DNA of 64,000 nt, taken from the NCBI GenBank assembly GCA_030390025.1, contig CM059432.1, positions 36,210,001 to 36,274,000 on the forward strand, given 5' to 3'. Under the pieces are notes generated by a model. That model did no database searches. It was not told the origin of the DNA and was given only the letters and a program-made list of their open reading frames with translations. The translations under genes and the position numbers were made by a program. Each line of letters begins with the position of its first letter. Positions within the stretch are counted from its first letter, which is position 1. Origin of the DNA: Squalus acanthias. Its lineage: Eukaryota. Below, piece after piece: positions 59,842-64,000 of the stretch.

Positions 59842-62543
59842 TACAGAACGCTTACTTGGGTAACTGCCCCCACCTGGCCCATATGTCCTGCTGGTTTTTT
59901 TCTTACACTTTTTGACTTACTGTGTGGATTTTTCTCTTCCCACCCCCTTAACTAGTTTAAATCTTTCTCCACAGCCCTATTTACCCTTTCTGCAAGGACA
60001 GGGGTGCCTCTCCAATTTAGGTGAAGGCCATCCCACTGGTTGGACCGGATTTGCTTGATATTTCTAGGAGATTTTATGGCTTTTGCGATCTATAGAATAG
60101 TTACCCTCTAAACTAGAAGACTCCCAGAAATTCCTGGCCTGTTTGAGATCCATACAAAGTAATTAAGTTGGACACAAATCAAAAAAATTCTCTGAAAAGG
60201 AAGTTGAACTATAGAATACATCTCCACCCTTAAAAAAGCTGTTTAAAAACAAGTAGTACTCAGACAATACTGCCTTTGTATGTAATACAGTATTTTTTGT
60301 GTAAAACTGTTTTGTTTATGCAGCTTATCCTGTTTATGACTAACTATTTTAATTAAAAAGAGAGAAAAACGTTGTTGTGCTGAGAAATAATGAAGTGCCA
60401 TGATTATTGTACTGACACAGTGCAGTGAGCAACGTGGAAAATTATTGTGTTGCTGAGTTTGTCAGGTGCTACAAATCAATTATTTCCTTCAAGGTTTCAT
60501 TTTTAAAAAAAGGATGCTTTACTAGCGGCTTATTTGGCAAGTGCTCTGTTCAGTGTGATACTGAGTGATACAGAGGAGGAGGTTGCTAGATTTGACTGTC
60601 AGTTTGTGCTGAGTCGGCTGATAGCAACCAAGGAGCTACAACTGGACTCTGTGGCGTGAACTAGGGAGGAAAGGAAACATTAGCCGGCATTCTCACCCTG
60701 CTCACTATTTGGTGAACCCTGCTAGAAAATGCACATGATGCCGATGTTGATTGAGCGCGGCTGTGCTAGTCTCCATGGTAAATAGCCTGCTGACATTCAC
60801 TGTCTGCACTCAGGTATGCATAGTAGCCAAGTGGAGCAGGCTGGAGGTGGCCTGGCGCTTGTGGAACCATACCCCTAAGAGTCAGCGCCTTCAGGGGAAA
60901 ATGGGACTATAGTGGAAAAACAAAAAAAAGTGGAAAACTGTGTCAGGTGGTATAAATCCATTATTTTTTTCCATAGCATTAATAAAAACTTTTTTTTTAA
61001 TCACGTCAGAAACATCTCAAAGCACTTCATATACAATTAATTAGTTTGAAATGTAGCGATTGTTGTTATGCAAACAAATGCAGTTACTACATTGTGCACA
61101 GCAGGATCCCATAATGAAATGTCTGTGCAACATGCATCTCTGTCATGCAACTTGTGGAACATTTTGTTTTCTGTTTTTCCAGGAATAAAGACTGCCCAAT
61201 AATTCCTCAAAAAAATGATACTGTACCATTTCCTCAGTAATTCTTAAAGATTCTGGACAGGGATTATTAATTAAAACAAGTGATTCACTGGAATAAAATG
61301 TTGAAACAAAATGCAACAAATAGGCAGTATTTTCAGTGTCTAACCTGTTTTGCTTTCTCATTTCAATCATTCCTTTGATGGAATGTAATAGTTTTATGCT
61401 ACTCTATTTTCCAATTTTCTTCCCACACTCCAAACATAATGACTCATGTTGTGGCATGGCTCCACTGTATTGACAGCCCTCTAGTACATTGCCTAAGATG
61501 CCATTGTTCATATGTAAATCTACATGATGCGAGCAGATTAATCTGTAGGGGCATCACACAAGCTTGATCTTGTTCTCCCGACACACACACATAAACACAC
61601 TTTCCAGTTGGAGTCACAGGATAGTGATCAGAAGTGGAATTGTTACAAAGTGCAAATTGCTCATTAAAGAACAAGCTATTTTTTGGATCAAATAGGTTTG
61701 TCTGCTTGACATTTGATGGTTTGTTGATTTGAATTGAAAAGTCTTATTTCCAGTGTGAAGATCCAAAACCAATCAATTGGTTGATTTATACATATGATTT
61801 GGTGTTGTATCCCTGGTGTCATTCCTTTTATCTTCTTCTTCTTAGGCAGTCCCTCAGAACCGAGGATGACTTGCTTCCACATTAAAAATTAGTTCTCAGG
61901 TGGCTGATGAGTCCAACGCGGGACCTATAGTCTCTGTCACAGGTGGGGCAGACGGTGGGTGGGGTGCTTGGGTTGACGTGCGCTCCTTGCGCTTGCCATT
62001 CCTTTTATATATAGTGATCGGTCTACTGTTTAATTCACAAGCTGGACACAGATGAGAAAGTTCATTCAATCTATCCTTACTTGTCCATCAAGAAAATCTA
62101 TACAGCCCCCCAATCACAGTATCCAACTATTTCTTAAATGATTCCAGGCTTTTGCCTCCAATACCTTACTCAGAAGTCCATTTAAAATATTGAACACTCA
62201 TTGACTGAAGAATATCCCAATATCAGTCCTGAACTTGCATTTCATCGGTTTGATTCTGTGCCTCTTGTCATTCTGTTATGGAGCACACATACAGAATTAT
62301 ACATATATAAATTGAATTTATGTATGAAAGATCATCTGTTGTATAGGAAGCCATTTATAAGCAATCTTAATGATACTCAAGAGTTCAATGAAATATGAGA
62401 TATATTTTGATGTTGACTTGGAAAGGCAACTATTGAAATTCAAGAGTAGACCATTTATGTCAGTTGTGGTTCAGCGATAGCACTCTTGCCTCCGAGTCAA
62501 AAGGTTGTGGGTTCAAGTCCCACTCCAGAGACTTGAACACGTA

Positions 62544-63262
62544 GGCCCGTAACTTGTGGTCAGTGGTGAAGCAAAGGCATTTGCCGCTGGCCCCGAAGTA
62601 AGCTTCCCACAAAGATCTTGTGATCTCTGTGGTGAGAAGTTTGGCTTTTCTGATGTTCAGTTGAGATCAGCGTAAGTTAATGGGGAATCCCCAACGCGAG
62701 TTGCTGTGATGTCAACAAGCTGTCTAAGCAGCCAATCACAATGCAGAATTCTCACAGACCGGGGACCAGGAAGTGAATACGCTCCTTTTATTCTAACTTT
62801 TTAAAAATGTTAGAGAGCAAAAAAAGATTGGGGCTCTCACATGGGGAAAAGGTAAACCTGAAATAAAGATTAACAAACTTAATTGTAATTTTTATTAAAA
62901 TGGATAAATTTGACACTCCACAAAATTAAAATTCATTTTTCAGGGCCTTAACATTTGTTTAGCAGTCAATACGCTGTTAAAACCCCAGTTACACCTAATC
63001 CAAAAGGGTCTAACTTTTAATGGGGTATTTAACAGCGATATTACCACGGGAAGGCCGAGGTTTGCGCCAGTTTCACTGATTGCCGGCTATGGAGTGGGTC
63101 ACAGCACAGTTAGTGTCAGAGCAGCGAATGACTGACCACAACTTCAGGATTTCCACGTTAGGATGCGCATGCGCTAAATCCTGAAGTTGCAGTCAGTTTT
63201 AAACAGGTAATAACAGCGAACGCTGTTTGTTCGCTGTTACTACCCACTGCAAAATCTGGGCC
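62544..63262. mobile_element. Harbinger-like MITE inserted in a DeuSINE (62460-62543 plus 63263-63440)
   Basis: ggccc../..gggcc termini; 3-bp flanks gta / ata; SINE rejoins across the insert. Confidence 0.75.
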
Positions 63263-64000
63263 ATAATCTACGCCGACACTTCAGTGCAATACTGAAGGAG
63301 TCTTTTGGATGAGACGTTAAACCGAAGCCCTGTCTGCCCCCTCAGGTGGATATAAAAGATCCCATGGCATTATTTGAAGAAGAGTTTTCCTTGGTGTCCT
63401 GGCCAAGATTTATCCCTCAACCAACATCACTAAAAAAAATTGATTCTCTGGTTTACAGATAAAACAGATTAACCAATTTAGCTCTAATTTTAAGATTAAA
63501 TGCCAGAACAATATGTTATAATTTCATTAGATGTGTTGAAAGCTGAAGCTTGTAAAAGAACCAGAATTCTTCTGAAATTCTGCTACCTGATCAGACAAAG
63601 ATTCTGTTTCAAACTATCTTTGAGATATGTCATGCTGATACATAAAGGTTTGCAAGAAAGCAAACCTGGCTCTGCCAGAATCCAGGGCCTCAATTCTAAC
63701 TCCCCAACCAATGGGCAGGCAAGGGTTTAAAATTTCAAAAATGTAGCTCCCGCCTCCAACCTGCCGCGTTTCCGTCAGCTGTCATTTTAATGACGGCAAC
63801 TTATCACACTGACAAGGCTCCCGCTGCAGAGAGGAGAGAGCTTCATCAATTAAGATGCATTCTTTGATGCAATTAGAACCCCGATGCGATATTAACTACT
63901 GCTGCACGGATTAACGGAGGGGGACCCTGGCGGGATTGGATCGGGACTGCTTAGTGTGCCGAATGAAAAGGGGCCACGAGGTCAATAAAGCTGCAACATT

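Overview
Vertebrate genomic DNA, most likely from a cartilaginous fish (shark); this is inferred from HE1/V-SINE-like and SacSINE1/DeuSINE-like repeats and abundant CR1/L2 LINEs. The only host gene I can support is the 3' part of a cardiac/slow-type essential myosin light chain gene (MYL4/MYL3-like) on the + strand. It has four coding exons (1574-1723, 5092-5265, 15032-15109, 17154-17182) and a probable non-coding last exon ending near AATAAA at 20312; its 5' exons lie upstream of the window. One intron uses a non-canonical GC donor and contains a 40-bp E-box minisatellite. The rest is mostly nested, decayed transposable elements: CR1, L2 and RTE LINEs; at least four SINE families; three copies of a two-gene PIF/Harbinger transposon (transposase plus an intron-containing Myb/SANT gene); Harbinger and hAT MITEs; Penelope-like inverted-repeat inserts with minimal hammerhead-ribozyme motifs; and two independently inserted solo LTRs. 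Almost all ORFs in the track are TE fragments or spurious. I found no demonstrably new biological system; the best leads are listed as findings. TE boundaries are approximate unless a TSD is given, and family names come from recall rather than a database search.
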